From positions 170,708,256-170,772,255 of the forward strand of contig NC_068981.1 of assembly GCF_001194135.2 (NCBI RefSeq): 64,000 bases of DNA, given 5' to 3'. The position numbers were made by a program, and so were the translations under genes. The notes under the pieces are model-generated. The model searched no databases and was not told the DNA's origin. It saw only the letters and a program-made list of their open reading frames with translations. The DNA is from Octopus bimaculoides. Lineage: Eukaryota. Positions within the stretch are counted from its first letter, which is position 1, and each line of letters starts with the position of its first letter. Below are positions 52,203 to 64,000 of the stretch, one piece after another.

Positions 52203-52799
52203 NNNNNNNNNNATACACATACATATATACACATACATATATACACATACATATATACACATACATATATATGTGTGTGTGTGTGTGCATCTTTTGTGAC
52301 TTGAATGTATATGATGTTTTTTCTTACTTTCGTAAACATGTCCCTATTGTATCCACACACTGATTTCCATTTAATTATCTACATTTTCGCTGGGTAAAAA
52401 ACTTCCATACTTATGTATTTCAAGAAATAGACGAAAATACGTGTAAAATCGTTATACGGTATTTCTTTTCCCTTTTCACGTAAGAAGTTAGAAATATAAT
52501 TGCAAGTGTAAGTCAAAACTACTACTCACTCCTTCTTTGGTCAATAATATTTTACAGAATTCTGTTTCTTATCAAAATCGGATAGTTTTCTTATGTTTAT
52601 AAATATTTAACACCTAATAATATATGTCAAGTGCAATTAAAAGCTTCCGTACACGTTTGAAACTAAAATGTCTGGAATTCTGCAATTGCCTCAGTTTTAA
52701 AACACGGTTTCAGATTAAATTAATTACGCGAACAAAACAGGAAATGCCGAAAGCGTTTAAATAAATTGTAATTCAATAATACTTTAAAATAATAAACAG

Positions 52800-52950
52800 A
52801 CGAGGTTGGATGGTAAGAAGCCTGTTTCTGAACCACGTGTTACCAGGATCAGTCCCACTGCGTGGTACATTGGGTAACTGATTTCTTCTATATCCTCGGA
52901 AAGACCAAAGACTTGTGAGTGGATTTGGTAGATGGAAATTGTAAGAAACT
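52800..52950 (+). mobile_element. SINE family A head
   Basis: TGGTAAGAAGCCTGTTTCTGAACCACGTG...CAGTCCCACTGCGTGGTACATTGGG...GACCAAAGACTTGTGAGTGGATTTGGTAGATGGAAA. Confidence 0.7.
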
Positions 52951-53258
52951 TATCATTTATGTGTTATATATGATTGTGTTTTATTGTGGTTGAAAAACAA
53001 GGTTCTTATCACGCCTGCCCCTATATTCGCGCAGCTACGCCCGCGCCTGTATANNNNNNNNNNNNNNNNNNNNNNNNNNNNNNNNNNNNNNNNNNNNNNN
53101 NNNNNNNNNNNNNNNNNNNNNNNNNNNNNNNNNNNNNNNNNNNNNNNNNNNNNNNNNNNNNNNNNNNNNNNNNNNNNNNNNNNNNNNNNNNNNNNNNNNN
53201 NNNNNNNNNNNNNNNNNNNNNNNNNNNNNNNNNNNNNNNNNNNNNNNNNNNNNNNNNN

Positions 53259-53274
53259 GACGCTCTTCCGATCT
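53259..53274 (+). other. Illumina adapter contamination
   Basis: GACGCTCTTCCGATCT, the 3' end of the Illumina read-1 adapter, directly after an N-gap. Confidence 0.92.
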
Positions 53275-53830
53275 CAGCAGTTTGCAATGTTTCACCAAAA
53301 GGGAGAATGACAAATGTACAAATGTTACTAAATGTGACTAGGGTATTAAGAAACATCTACATTGCAACATAGTTAGTGTATATGTTTTGATCCATGTGCG
53401 TTAACTACAGCATGAGAGCGATTTAGCTTTTATTTCTAGTAATGTGAGTGCTGCAGAACAACCTAATCACATTTAGTGAATTGTGTAGTTTTCCTTTTTG
53501 GTGAAACATTGCAAACTGCTGTTTATATTAATTTTATATATACACATTAGTGAATTGCTTAATCATCCAATAGTGTGGATGACGAGAACAAAAATACTAA
53601 TAGCAAAGCGAGTCCGTAAAGAGCCGAACAATTCAGCTGTCTTAACTGATGACGCAACGGAAATTGCCGAAACTGACGCGTCAGTATTAAGAATTCTTGA
53701 TCGGCACTTTCGGACGATTGTGGTCCCTGTTCGTTTATATGTCTTCGTGTGCGTTAACTACAGTATTAGAGCGGCTTAGCTCTTATTTCTAGCAATGTAA
53801 GTGTTTTCTAACACCATACTCACATTTAGC

Positions 53831-53832
<2 letters not shown>
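53275..53832. repeat. Inverted plus direct repeat complex (Penelope pLTR-like) surrounding a hammerhead
   Basis: IR 53275-53345 vs about 53458-53521 (CAGCAGTTTGCAATGTTTCACCAAAA); diverged direct repeat 53395-53479 vs 53748-53832 (TGTGCGTTAACTACAG...TCACATTTAG). Confidence 0.7.
53640..53692 (+). ncRNA. Type I hammerhead ribozyme with palindromic helix III
   Basis: Helix I TCTTAA (53640-45) / TTAAGA (53687-92); CTGATGA 53646-52; helix II GCAA/TTGC; GAAA 53669-72; helix III palindrome ACTGACGCGTCAGT 53672-85; GUA cleavage site after 53686. C-C mismatch at 10.1/11.1. Confidence 0.78.
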
Positions 53833-53873
<41 letters not shown>

Positions 53874-54459
53874 AATGAAATTCCAACTTAGTCTGATTTT
53901 GACGTTCTATTTTTTGCAATCTAACAATTTTACGATATTGAAATAAACTAGTACTTTCATGCGTTACGCAATCATTAGGTTTATATAGTGACAATCATGT
54001 TTCACTATTAACAACTGTAGTACAATGGTTATATTTATCCTGTAACTCCCCTCCGATGGGCTACGGCAGGCTGAATCTTACGAACTGCATTTAGAGCAAT
54101 TAGCACGTGGCTTACATATCACTGTTTTGTGAGCCGGCCAATTAAGTTCTAACTGTATGTCGACCAATTAGTATGTGACTTAGACGTCATGAATTGGTGG
54201 GCGCATCAAAGATTCTTTATTTTCACCGCATCTAAAGGAATGTTTGTTTGACTATATTCCGAAATGTTGTAAGCAACATTCCTGTTTTCATTGAATTCTA
54301 TTGTTACTCCAGACATGTTTACATTTCAATCGAGTCGTACATTTTGTCAACACAACTACCTTCCTTCTATCACCTTTATTATTGTTGTTATAAGTGGTGG
54401 TGGTAGCAGTAGTAATAGTAGTAGTAGGAGTATCACCATCCTCATTATAATTAGCACTG

Positions 54460-54810
54460 TTACTCTCCATTTCGAACTGGTTTGAATTTATCAATAAAAT
54501 TCTTTTCTATGACTTTTCACTTGAGTTGTATAGTTTGTTGAATGGGAATATTATAAACGTTTTTCACGACATGTTGCTAGATGATTGCTTAAAAGAATTT
54601 GCCAGATACCAGGGTCCCTAATTTGCTGTCGGTGCATACAGTGAAGGTTCAGATAATGCACTCTCAGCCTGACCAACGAATATCTCTTCACAATTTGGGC
54701 ATTTGACGCAGTAAATTGAATTTCTGCTTTTACAGTTCATATTTGCATTTGTAAATACTCTTCTGATTTTTGTGTTCATATATTGAGCGATGTGCATGAA
54801 CCGACATGTA
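54460..54810 (-). mobile_element. Penelope-like GIY-YIG endonuclease fragment
   Basis: NMNCKSRNSIYCVKCPNCEEIFVGQ, then (frameshift) MHRQQIRDPGIWQILLSNHLATC, and IEKNFIDKFKPVRNGE*. Confidence 0.7.
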
Positions 54811-54859
54811 CCACAACGATTATCATTGCATTTACATCAAATGAGTGATTCGTCATTGT

Positions 54860-57800
54860 TGCTTAGGTTTCTGACCTTGGTCACAAGAGCTCTCACTGCA
54901 GGATAAGGTTAGGAGGATCGAACGCAAAAAGTTCTAAAGTGTTTTCAGCAGAAAGTGAATACGACGCAAAAACAAGAATATCCATACACGTAAAGATAAA
55001 TAGTGTAAATATTAAATTACACTTGGATACGAGTAGTGGTATTTTAACCACAAATACATATACGTGGAAGAATATTGAGAAGCTAGTGTTTCGTAAAACA
55101 GTGAAAATTGCGTGTGGCGTGACATGCAATAAATTACATATTATGGGCGAAAGGTGTACAGACGTCACATTTCAAAGAGAATTACGCAAAGCAAAAACTT
55201 TCATTGCGGATAATACAGTCAATCTGTCTAGTACAGATTGGCTGGAGTTATTGACTTATGGCACCTCCCATAAGTCTTTATTGCGAAAAATATAAATGGT
55301 TGCCCCATTAAAAATAAATCGTCTGATGTTTCTTCAGGTAATATCGGAGGACTTAGGTCTATGTAAATTGACTGAAGCCTGCTTTACTGTATTTAAATCT
55401 AACAGAAGAGTACCGTTCGCAGCATTGAAAATCGTAGATGAAGAGTTAGACAGACTGGGAAAGAGTGGAATCATCAAAGTGTGGATTACTCTAAGTGGGC
55501 GGGATCCATGTTGTTCATTAAAAAGATAATAAAAAAAGTAGGCTGCGTGCTGATTTTTCTACAGGATTGAACGACTGCTTAACGACATGTCACCATCCAT
55601 TCCCGACTCCAGAGGATATTTTCGAAAAATTAAATGGCGGAAGATATTTTTCCAAATTGGATCTGTCTGACGCCTATTTATAGATTAAATGAATGACAAA
55701 TGCTCAGAGTATCTGACAATAATAGACATAGCGGATTGTACAGATATACCCGGTTGCATTTTGGATTAAAGGTTGCACCGGCAATATTTTAGCAAATCAT
55801 GGACGCTATGTTATATCATTTTGAATTTTCAGTCCTTTATTTGGACGATATTTTAAGAGTAATTCTTGTGAACAGCATGCGGAGCATATAAAAGTTGTGT
55901 TCAACAAAATTAAAGAGTACGGGTTCATTTTGAGCGAAGAAAATAGCGAACTCTTTTTGCTTCAAATTAAATACTTAGGGCAAGTAACTGATAAAAATGG
56001 TAGACGGCGTGACCCGTCGAAGGCAGACGCCAAAAAGAATATGCCCGCTCCGACAAATATACTAATATTGGTCGGTTAACTGCCAAAATGCGTTTGAAGA
56101 AAAAAAAAATTCTAACCGCAGATTTGTCTCTAGCGAATTTCGATCATGGACATTGTTGTAGCTTCTGATGCTTCAGGGTACGGAATAGGAGCAAGTTTGC
56201 TACACAAGTATAAGAATGGAAGTATCAAACCAGTGATGCATGTTTCGCGCTCGCTGATAACGACAGAGAAAAAATACACTCAGATAGAGAAAGAAGCCTT
56301 ACCGATTATCTTTGTTTCCAAAAAAATTTCACAGGTTTCTACGTGGTAGAAGTTTTCTGTTACAAACAGATCATCGACCATTGCTATCAATTTATTTGGT
56401 CGAAAAATGGGTAACCTATCCATAGAGCAAACCGGCTACAACGTTGTGGTATAATATTACTAAATTCCCATTTCAAAATGCAGTATATTCCATCGAAAAA
56501 AAATTCGTCATGCAGAGTGTCTATAGAGATTAATTACCAAAAATACAGAACCACTTGAAGATACCGTGATAGCTGCACTGCAGGCAGAAAATGAATTAAA
56601 AAGTATTATAACTAATTTTATCCAAAACTGCCAGTGACTGCACAGGATATACGAATGAAATCTGTAGGCTATGAATATATTACGAAAATTAAAGAAGCTT
56701 TAAAAAATAAGCAGAATAAAAATACAATTTCGAGTGTTTTCTCAATATGCGACGATATTCTGATGTATGCGCAAAGAGTTGTAGTACTGACTACATTACA
56801 AAAACCAGTATTGTAGCAATTCCACAGCGGACACTCGGGAATGTCGAGGATGAAAGCGCTGATGAAGAGCTACGTCTATTGGCCGCCTGTGAACCGGAAT
56901 AGCAAAAATTTGGTGAGAACTTGTCGAGGTTGCGCGCTCGCGGCCAAAGCTCCACCGGTAAAATATCAATCGTGGCCGGAGACTGATAACTCATGGTCCA
57001 GGTTACATATCGACCATGCCGGACCAGTGAACGGCGCTTACTATCTAATCGTGGTAGACAGCTGTACAAAGTGGCCAGACTTATGCAGGTGCAATAATCC
57101 AACCGCTAAGACAACTATAAAATTCCTATATGAATTGTCTGCGCGATACCTTCCAGATGCGTTAGTTTCTGATAACGGAACGCCATTCTCGGGGTATGAA
57201 TTCAAGAACATCTGTAAAATGCATGCGGTAAAGCATATTTTCGCTTCACTCTATCTCCCGAAGTCAAATGGGAAGGTAGAAAGATTCGTGGACACGTTCA
57301 AAAGAGTGTTAAGAAAAGCTAAGAATGAATTAAGTAACGACGAAGCACTAACAAAATTAAAGGTATATACAGTAATCTCCAATCTAAGTGTAAATTCAGT
57401 GCAATTTCACCCGCAGAGTTGATGTTCGCGAGAAGAATAAAATCGGTTTTTGATAAGTTATTGCCAGAGAAAAAGATGTAAAGGAAATACGAAAGATCCA
57501 ACGAAATATTTCGAAGTCGGAGATTAAGTGCATTTTAAAAACCTACAGAGATGGTAAAAAAAAGTTTGGGGAAATGACCTTGTAATAAAAAAAAATAGGA
57601 AGTATGAGGCATCAAATTAAAGGGCCACGCTGGGAACATAGGCGACACATAACCCAGCTAAAGAAGAGACGTACCGAAGAACGGAGAGAAATTTCTATGG
57701 AAGTACTTTTGGATGCATTCAATGTCCCAGTAGCGAAAGTAATGGAGTCCCGTAGGACCAGCATGAGAAAACAGAAGCAAGCCTAACGCCTAGAGATAAG

Positions 57801-58168
57801 ACCCAAGCGAAAAACATACTAAACAATAATAATGATAAATAAAATTCCTTTATTCCTTCGGAACGCGAAATCTCAAAAAGGGAAATGCTGTGGCGAGAGT
57901 ACGACACCCTCTGACGAGAATGGAAGGGAACACAACATATAAATAGTAGCGTTCTAACGTAGTCGGCAGTTCGTAGTTTCGTCTTCGAGATCCAGGTACA
58001 GTTTACAGTTCGAGTTAGTGTGTTGGAAATACTGACTGTCGATTCATTGCATGTTTGTTACTGCCGCTGTTTTTATTTTGTATTGTTATAACATTATTAT
58101 AGTGTATTATTTATCTATCGTCGACGATATCAATTGTACTACGATATTGGAGGTGTGAGAATATAACA
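54860..58168 (+). mobile_element. Ty3/gypsy LTR retrotransposon (Mag-like), defective: PR-RT-RH-IN, PPT and 3' LTR
   Basis: GHKSSHC knuckle; LDTSSG protease; RADFSTGLNDCL...FSKLDLSDAYL and YLDDI (RT); SDASGYGIGA...YTQIEKEALPIIF (RNase H); HSGHSGMSRMKAL...YWP...CRGC, HIDHAGP, VSDNGTPF, SNGKVERFV (integrase after RH). Confidence 0.92.
57886..58168 (+). repeat. Putative 3' LTR
   Basis: Begins TG directly after PPT AAAAAGGGAAA (57875-57885), contains TATAAATA, ends TATAACA. The 3' boundary is inferred because no second LTR is visible. Confidence 0.6.
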
Positions 58169-59303
58169 ATAATAACGGAGGAATGACCTTTATTTTCTTC
58201 TACCGGTGAGTCTTAAGTCAGATATTTGGAAGACAATTTTGTAAAATCTTGTCTCTGAAAATAAAGTCAGGCTGGATTTGCATTTGAGGTCTTGCATGTG
58301 GCTCTAGAATATACAGTTTCTCTAAATGAAAAGTCCTGTAGTACATAATATACTAGACTATAACTATATCTTAACAATGATGATCCAGGTTATGTCTGAC
58401 TGTCATCTCCTAAGTCTCTCATTTCCCAAATGGAATGGAGCAGGAAAGTGGAAGATTACAGATTTGAAGTTTACATCTAACGGTAAACAAAAGTGTTGCT
58501 TTAGCAAACATCAATGGGATCGAATGAAATTCAATATGCTACTGCTTCCGAAAGGCAATACACCTACACAGGGCGTCATTTCGAAAATATGTGGGTTGAT
58601 AGGTTGATGCGAGTATTTCAGTTTGACGTGTAATTCTAGATGAGACGATGCTGATTGAAGAATAATTAATCTTAAGCTTATGAGCATTGTAAAGGATTAT
58701 GGAGAGCGTGGTGTTCATGTGTAGTCGAAACGTTATGCATTACTTGACAAAGAAAATAAGCGGTAATATTTGTAGCGATCAATTTCTTCCTAATTTTCGT
58801 TTCGTAGTCCACTTGTAAGGCCTTATTCAATTGGATGCTGTCTTTTCAAAAATCTATAGATTGCAGATTTACGGATTTAAATCAGTTACTAAAGAAAGCT
58901 ATTCTCTGCTTTGTTTCGTTTCCCTACATCTTAAGAATACCTCCACAATCGAAACAATTCCACATATGCAGCACCCTTAAGCGGTGTTCCCTAGTGAACT
59001 ATTACATCGGACGCAAATCTACTTTAGAAACCTTCTATAGTTAACCAGTTTTTAATTCAAATGTGAACAAATTTCGTTACACATCATGAAAATCTCATCG
59101 ATTAGAAACATAATTATGTAATTTTCAATGCTGAGTAATGCCCGTATGAGTCATTGACAGTTCAATTACAGATACATATATATATACTCTTCATATCGTA
59201 TAAGAGTTATTAATTCGAGTTTGTATACGTATCTGAGTGTGCGGACGTGTGTGTGTATGTGTGTGTATGTGTGTGTGAGAGAGAGATAGAGAGAAAATAC
59301 ACA

Positions 59304-59337
<34 letters not shown>

Positions 59338-59734
59338 NNNNNNNNNNNNNNNNNNNNNNNNNNNNNNNNNNNNNNNNNNNNNNNNNNNNNNNNNNNNNNN
59401 NNNNNNNNNNNNNNNNNNNNNNNNNNNNNNNNNNNNNNNNNNNNNNNNNNNNNNNNNNNNNNNNNNNNNNNNNNNNNNNNNNNNNNNNNNNNNNNNNNNN
59501 NNNNNNNNNNNNNNNNNNNNNNNNNNNNNNNNNNNNNNNNNNNNNNNNNNNNNNNNNNNNNNNNNNNNNNNNNNNNNNNNNNNNNNNNNNNNNNNNNNNN
59601 NNNNNNNNNNNNNNNNNNNNNNNNNNNATATATATATATATATATATACTGACCCACGCTGATCCATATAATTACATATAGACAGACAGAAAGACAGACG
59701 GAGCGAGAGACAGATAGGTAGGTAAGTAGTTAGT

Positions 59735-59799
<65 letters not shown>

Positions 59800-61199
59800 C
59801 CATAAATGTATTTGTGCGTACCGTGCGTGCTTCTACGGGCGGTGCGATAATAATGGAAACACTTGGAACAAAATTGTAACTCAAATATCAATAATATTTA
59901 TATTAGATGTATCTCTGAACGATTAAGAGTGTTCAAACGTTGACGTAATCATGTAATGCTTTACGATTGTAATGCGCAAATTTTACAAGACTGGCTTTAA
60001 TATCATTATGTTATTTTGCAGTCATATATAAATAAATAATTATCACAGTATATCAGAATATGTTCACTTATTTGTGTTTGGGTAAATGGACATACTTACA
60101 TAAACATATGTATGCATGTATATGTATGTGTACAAGCATGTACATCATATATATATATATGTACGTGTACAGAGTTATTCAGTATATATGTATGTACGTA
60201 TTTATGTATGTATGCATTCATATGTGTATATATGCATAAGAGTGTAGTCGGTGTATTTCTAATATCATGCTGATTGTTTGTGACATTTTGCATATATCCA
60301 TTTGATGATTATGCGCTATAACGTATTCCTTGTTTACTTGAACGCATAGTGAATATTTGACTTTGAATTTGGTCTTGTGGATTCTCTTTATAAAATATCG
60401 ATAAATAATGAAGGCGTTCATAATGTGATGTACGCATTACCTTCATTAGATATTGTCTCACTAACTGACGTTATTCATGAAAATATTGTTCAGGAAACGA
60501 ATTTATTTTCGAAATGTCCTGTATGTTTCATACTATCAATATATATATATATATATATATATANNNNNNNNNNNNNNNNNNNNNNNNNNNNNNNNNNNNN
60601 NNNNNNNNNNNNNNNNNNNNNNNNNNNNNNNNNNNNNNNNNNNNNNNNNNNNNNNNNNNNNNNNNNNNNNNNNNNNNNNNNNNNNNNNNNNNNNNNNNNN
60701 NNNNNNNNNNNNNNNNNNNNNTATATATATTCATATATGCATAGATTGGTAATTTTCCGCTTTATTATCTCATGATGAATTATTTCTCAGAAAAGATCCA
60801 GTAGAATATAATACTAATATTTAACTGACAATTCAAATATTTAAATTTCCTCTATCGCTATTGATTCATACCAGATAGTATTATATGACACGGACTTTAT
60901 CGAGTAACTTAAAGAAAGACATTCTTGGCATGAATATAAATAGAAAAAGAGAGTGCCAATATCACTGTCAAATTGTGGCATGATATATATAAATACCCAT
61001 TGAGATATACATATACAGACGCATGCATCTATAAGCGTATCGAAGGTGATGTTGTAATAATAGTGTTGATGGAATAAAAGAATAAATGGTAGCTAGCAAA
61101 AGTGCAAGTGCGTACATAAAAACATATAAGCAGCATCAACAAGCAAGCTCTCTCGCGTGCACATGCTCAAAGTTGTGTATCTATGTCATTTGTTCAGTT

Positions 61200-61450
61200 T
61201 TATTTCAGTTTTTTTTTTGACAATAGTGAAAGTGCCGGTTTCTAATCTACATCCAAGGCTCCTTCATTGGAATTTCAGTATCAATAACAGGGTATTTTTC
61301 TATGTATATATGTACGGATGTATGTATGCATGTATAGTGCAGATTTGTTTTGTTTTATGCATGTACTCTCAAGCATATAGTCGCATATCTAGACATACTC
61401 ATATATATTTAAGTGATAAACTTCTGGAACGTTTTACAGATTTTTACAGT
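61200..61450 (-). mobile_element. R4/Dong-like RLE LINE 3' UTR
   Basis: Homologous to 17222-17490 (GGTTTCTAATCTACATCCAAGGCTCCTTCATTGGAATTTC...ATCTAGACATACTCAT). Confidence 0.75.
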
Positions 61451-61492
61451 TCCTGTGATCCACACACACGCGCGCACACACACACATACATA

Positions 61493-61534
<42 letters not shown>

Positions 61535-61759
61535 TACATACATTCAACACATTCATACATGCACTCAATTTTATGCTGACCATAGCTAGTTATCTTGATT
61601 ATATGCAGAACTATTTAACCACCAGCCTCCATATTTATGGGCGACATACATACATACTCCATTTTGTAATATTATCTTTACATTTTTTGTTTTTCATTAT
61701 TTTCAGATTTTTGTTGTCCCGTCAGTTTTATCAGGGGTTTTTTCCCCCCTCTTACGAGG

Positions 61760-63560
61760 TTGTGAATGTAGCAATAGCTTGCTTAGATTTTTGACTGAGT
61801 GATATCTACCATCTAGTACAGATTGGTCAGGATAGATGGGATTATCCATTTTGACAATCCAGCTTGCAAATTATTATATCATTTGTAAATAGTCATTTCC
61901 CCGATAGTTCATATAACACCATCTTTTTGTCAATGTTTAGTTCAGGTTTCAGATTAAGGAAATCAATCTTAGTACTTCAGTTTGGCTGAAATTGTACTAC
62001 AGTAGTTTTGCTCTATCTTTTCTAAACAATATATCTAGACGTAGCGAAGATGGCGTCAGCGATTTCCCATCTGTATACGACAACATAAAAGTTACTGTAA
62101 CATGACACCTGCACACAGCGGTACTCTTGTGGAGGATGTGTTATTCTCGTAACACGGATCCGTTGACTGAGGTGAAAACATCGACAGAGCGATTATATAT
62201 ACAATATGTCACCAATATCCCGGGAAGCCCCCTCCAGTAATGCTTTTAAACCTAGACTACGGTTAAGTATCTAGATATATCTCTATTTAGTTTTGTTTGA
62301 CGTTGCCAGTATTTACGCTTTCTCCGGCATTGTTGACCATTATTATCACTCCAGTGACTAAGACTTTTTTTATGAATTGTATTTTCCAGGAATGCATATT
62401 TCCTTAGTAGCTCTTATATTCTCTGTCTGCCCGTATATGAAAAAATAGTTCTTAGATTGCTACGTACAGCCATCTATTATACGCATTTCCTGAGATTTCC
62501 GAGAAGATCACGTCTGCATTGTAGTCGGAAACCTCCCCCTGCCTTTCTTCTTACATCCTGGGTTATGTGAGGAGGAAGATTCTGTGTAATTTTGGGAATA
62601 ATCCAAGAGAATATTTTGATTACTATTGATAGAATATGATTCTTCGAGAACTTACTCTGCCTGACCCATTTCTTCATGGAAAATTTTGTCAATATCAGCA
62701 TCTTCTGGTATCGATATCTCATGTCATGTTTTACTGAAAAGAGTGTGTACTCTTTTGGGAAAGCTAAGTCTATCCAATTTCTAGATTTCACCAGGAACTC
62801 CAACTCAAAAATAGTCGCTGCCTTTCCTTAAATAGGAGATTACCCATCAAACTGGCCCCTGTTAATTATGTCAACAAGGATTGAACTGGCATGTTGCTTT
62901 ATGCTAGCAAACCACACACTGTTTATGCCAGCAGGCGCAAACATTATATGTTGAAACTGTTCATTTTATCACTTCAAAACTCTCCTATTACCTGAGAGAA
63001 CTACCTTTTCATCGATCCATTTCGGTGTAGCGAGAACTACTTCAAGTTTTCTACAATTCTTTGACTCGTTGATAGAAATTATTCATGCCGATCATATCAG
63101 TGTTCCATTAGGGATCCTCTGCCTTCTAATTCTAATATTTGAACTTTATTCCTACCGGATAAATTTGAAGCAATCCTTGAGTATATTTGTAAGCTGTCTT
63201 TCTCAAACGTGCGTTTCTAATATCTATCACGTCAATGTGCAGTGGGGCTGACTTATTTTCTGTAGAAGCATTTTCAATTTACATTCATTTCGGTTCAACT
63301 AATCTTGGTGTTTTCAATTAATAAGGTATTAGTGCTCCCATACACTACTTGTCGATTACACGGCATTCCAGGTTGATCATCGATTCTTTTTGCACATCTC
63401 ATTGGACAACGTGCCTTGGAAATCTCTTGCTTTAATTTCACTTTCTATGTATAGTCCGAGGTTATTTAGCAACTACCTTGCCAGGTTTAGAAGGTGTCAG
63501 TTTTACATTCGATCCAATAGTTTGCGCCTATACAGCTCTGATTCGGTGTACATCCCTTAT
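61760..63560 (-). mobile_element. Highly decayed RTE-like LINE
   Basis: Residual motifs LRKG...GVPGEI*K and GESVNTGNVKQ in RT order; many stops. Boundaries approximate. Confidence 0.4.
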
Positions 63561-64000
63561 ATCTGCCTGTTGTATAATGAAAAGAAAAAAGGAAAGAGAC
63601 AGATATATGGTGTTGTACATAGCGAAGACAAACCAACGTTGTTTGGATTTAGTTTCCTGTCTGAACACGCTGTTTATCATTGCTAGATAGAGCTCAGTAC
63701 ACATATTTAATAAAAACTTACAATTTGAGTTGCACAAATCAATATTATGTTTGAACATTAATACAGATAACTTTCTCTGTTATAACTTTTTGCTATATTG
63801 GCGTTACAGAGACTGTTACGTATTATATATGCTAACAAGTTATAGAAAACGCACATATTTCCCCTGGAGTTTAAGATACTTATGACATATGCACCTATTA
63901 ATGTAGTACAACTGCTTTTTGTCAGTAGGTATCTCTCTGTCCACCATATATATATAAGTGTGTGTGTATACATACATACATACATACATACATACATACA

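Noticed and set aside
54222-54292. Possible further hammerhead (GGAAT/ATTCC stem followed by GAAATGTT) and an overlapping 9-bp hairpin
   Set aside because: The CUGANGA box is missing on both strands; too decayed to call, though the position behind a GIY-YIG fragment is suggestive.
58275-58282. Octamer ATTTGCAT as an snRNA enhancer
   Set aside because: Expected by chance in AT-rich DNA; no PSE or snRNA downstream.
59835-59880. ATAATGGAAACAC match to the Tc1 TIR at 38697
   Set aside because: 13-nt match only, with no partner TIR or transposase nearby.
1-64000. Long ORFs in the supplied track (e.g. 22532-23203, 26997-27866, 44941-45582, 46363-46962)
   Set aside because: They are open only because of N runs or stop-free microsatellites (YI, CV, HT, poly-L/C/Y) and show no protein signal.

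Overview
AT-rich, gap-riddled eukaryotic draft sequence made almost entirely of transposable-element remnants and microsatellites. The SINE families, RLE-LINE fragments and (TA/TG/TATC/AGT)n load look like an octopod cephalopod genome; this is inferred from repeat recognition, not from a search. No host protein-coding gene can be supported. The long ORFs in the track are microsatellite or N-gap artefacts, or pieces of decayed transposases and reverse transcriptases. Elements identified: three tRNA-derived SINE families (two copies with clean TSDs); a near full-length Tc1 element with DD36E spacing; two mariner copies; DD37D-like remnants; a Chapaev3-type transposase pseudogene; hAT MITEs; several R4/Dong-like RLE LINE pieces; an RTE-like remnant; two Ty3/gypsy remnants (one with PPT and 3' LTR); and Penelope-like GIY-YIG fragments. 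The most interesting signal is a cluster of sequence-unrelated type I hammerhead-ribozyme motifs between about 43.4 and 53.7 kb. One has all three helices and a palindromic helix III, and one sits in both arms of a ~320-bp near-perfect hairpin. Other notable items are a short U2 snRNA-derived fragment and an Illumina adapter left in the assembly.
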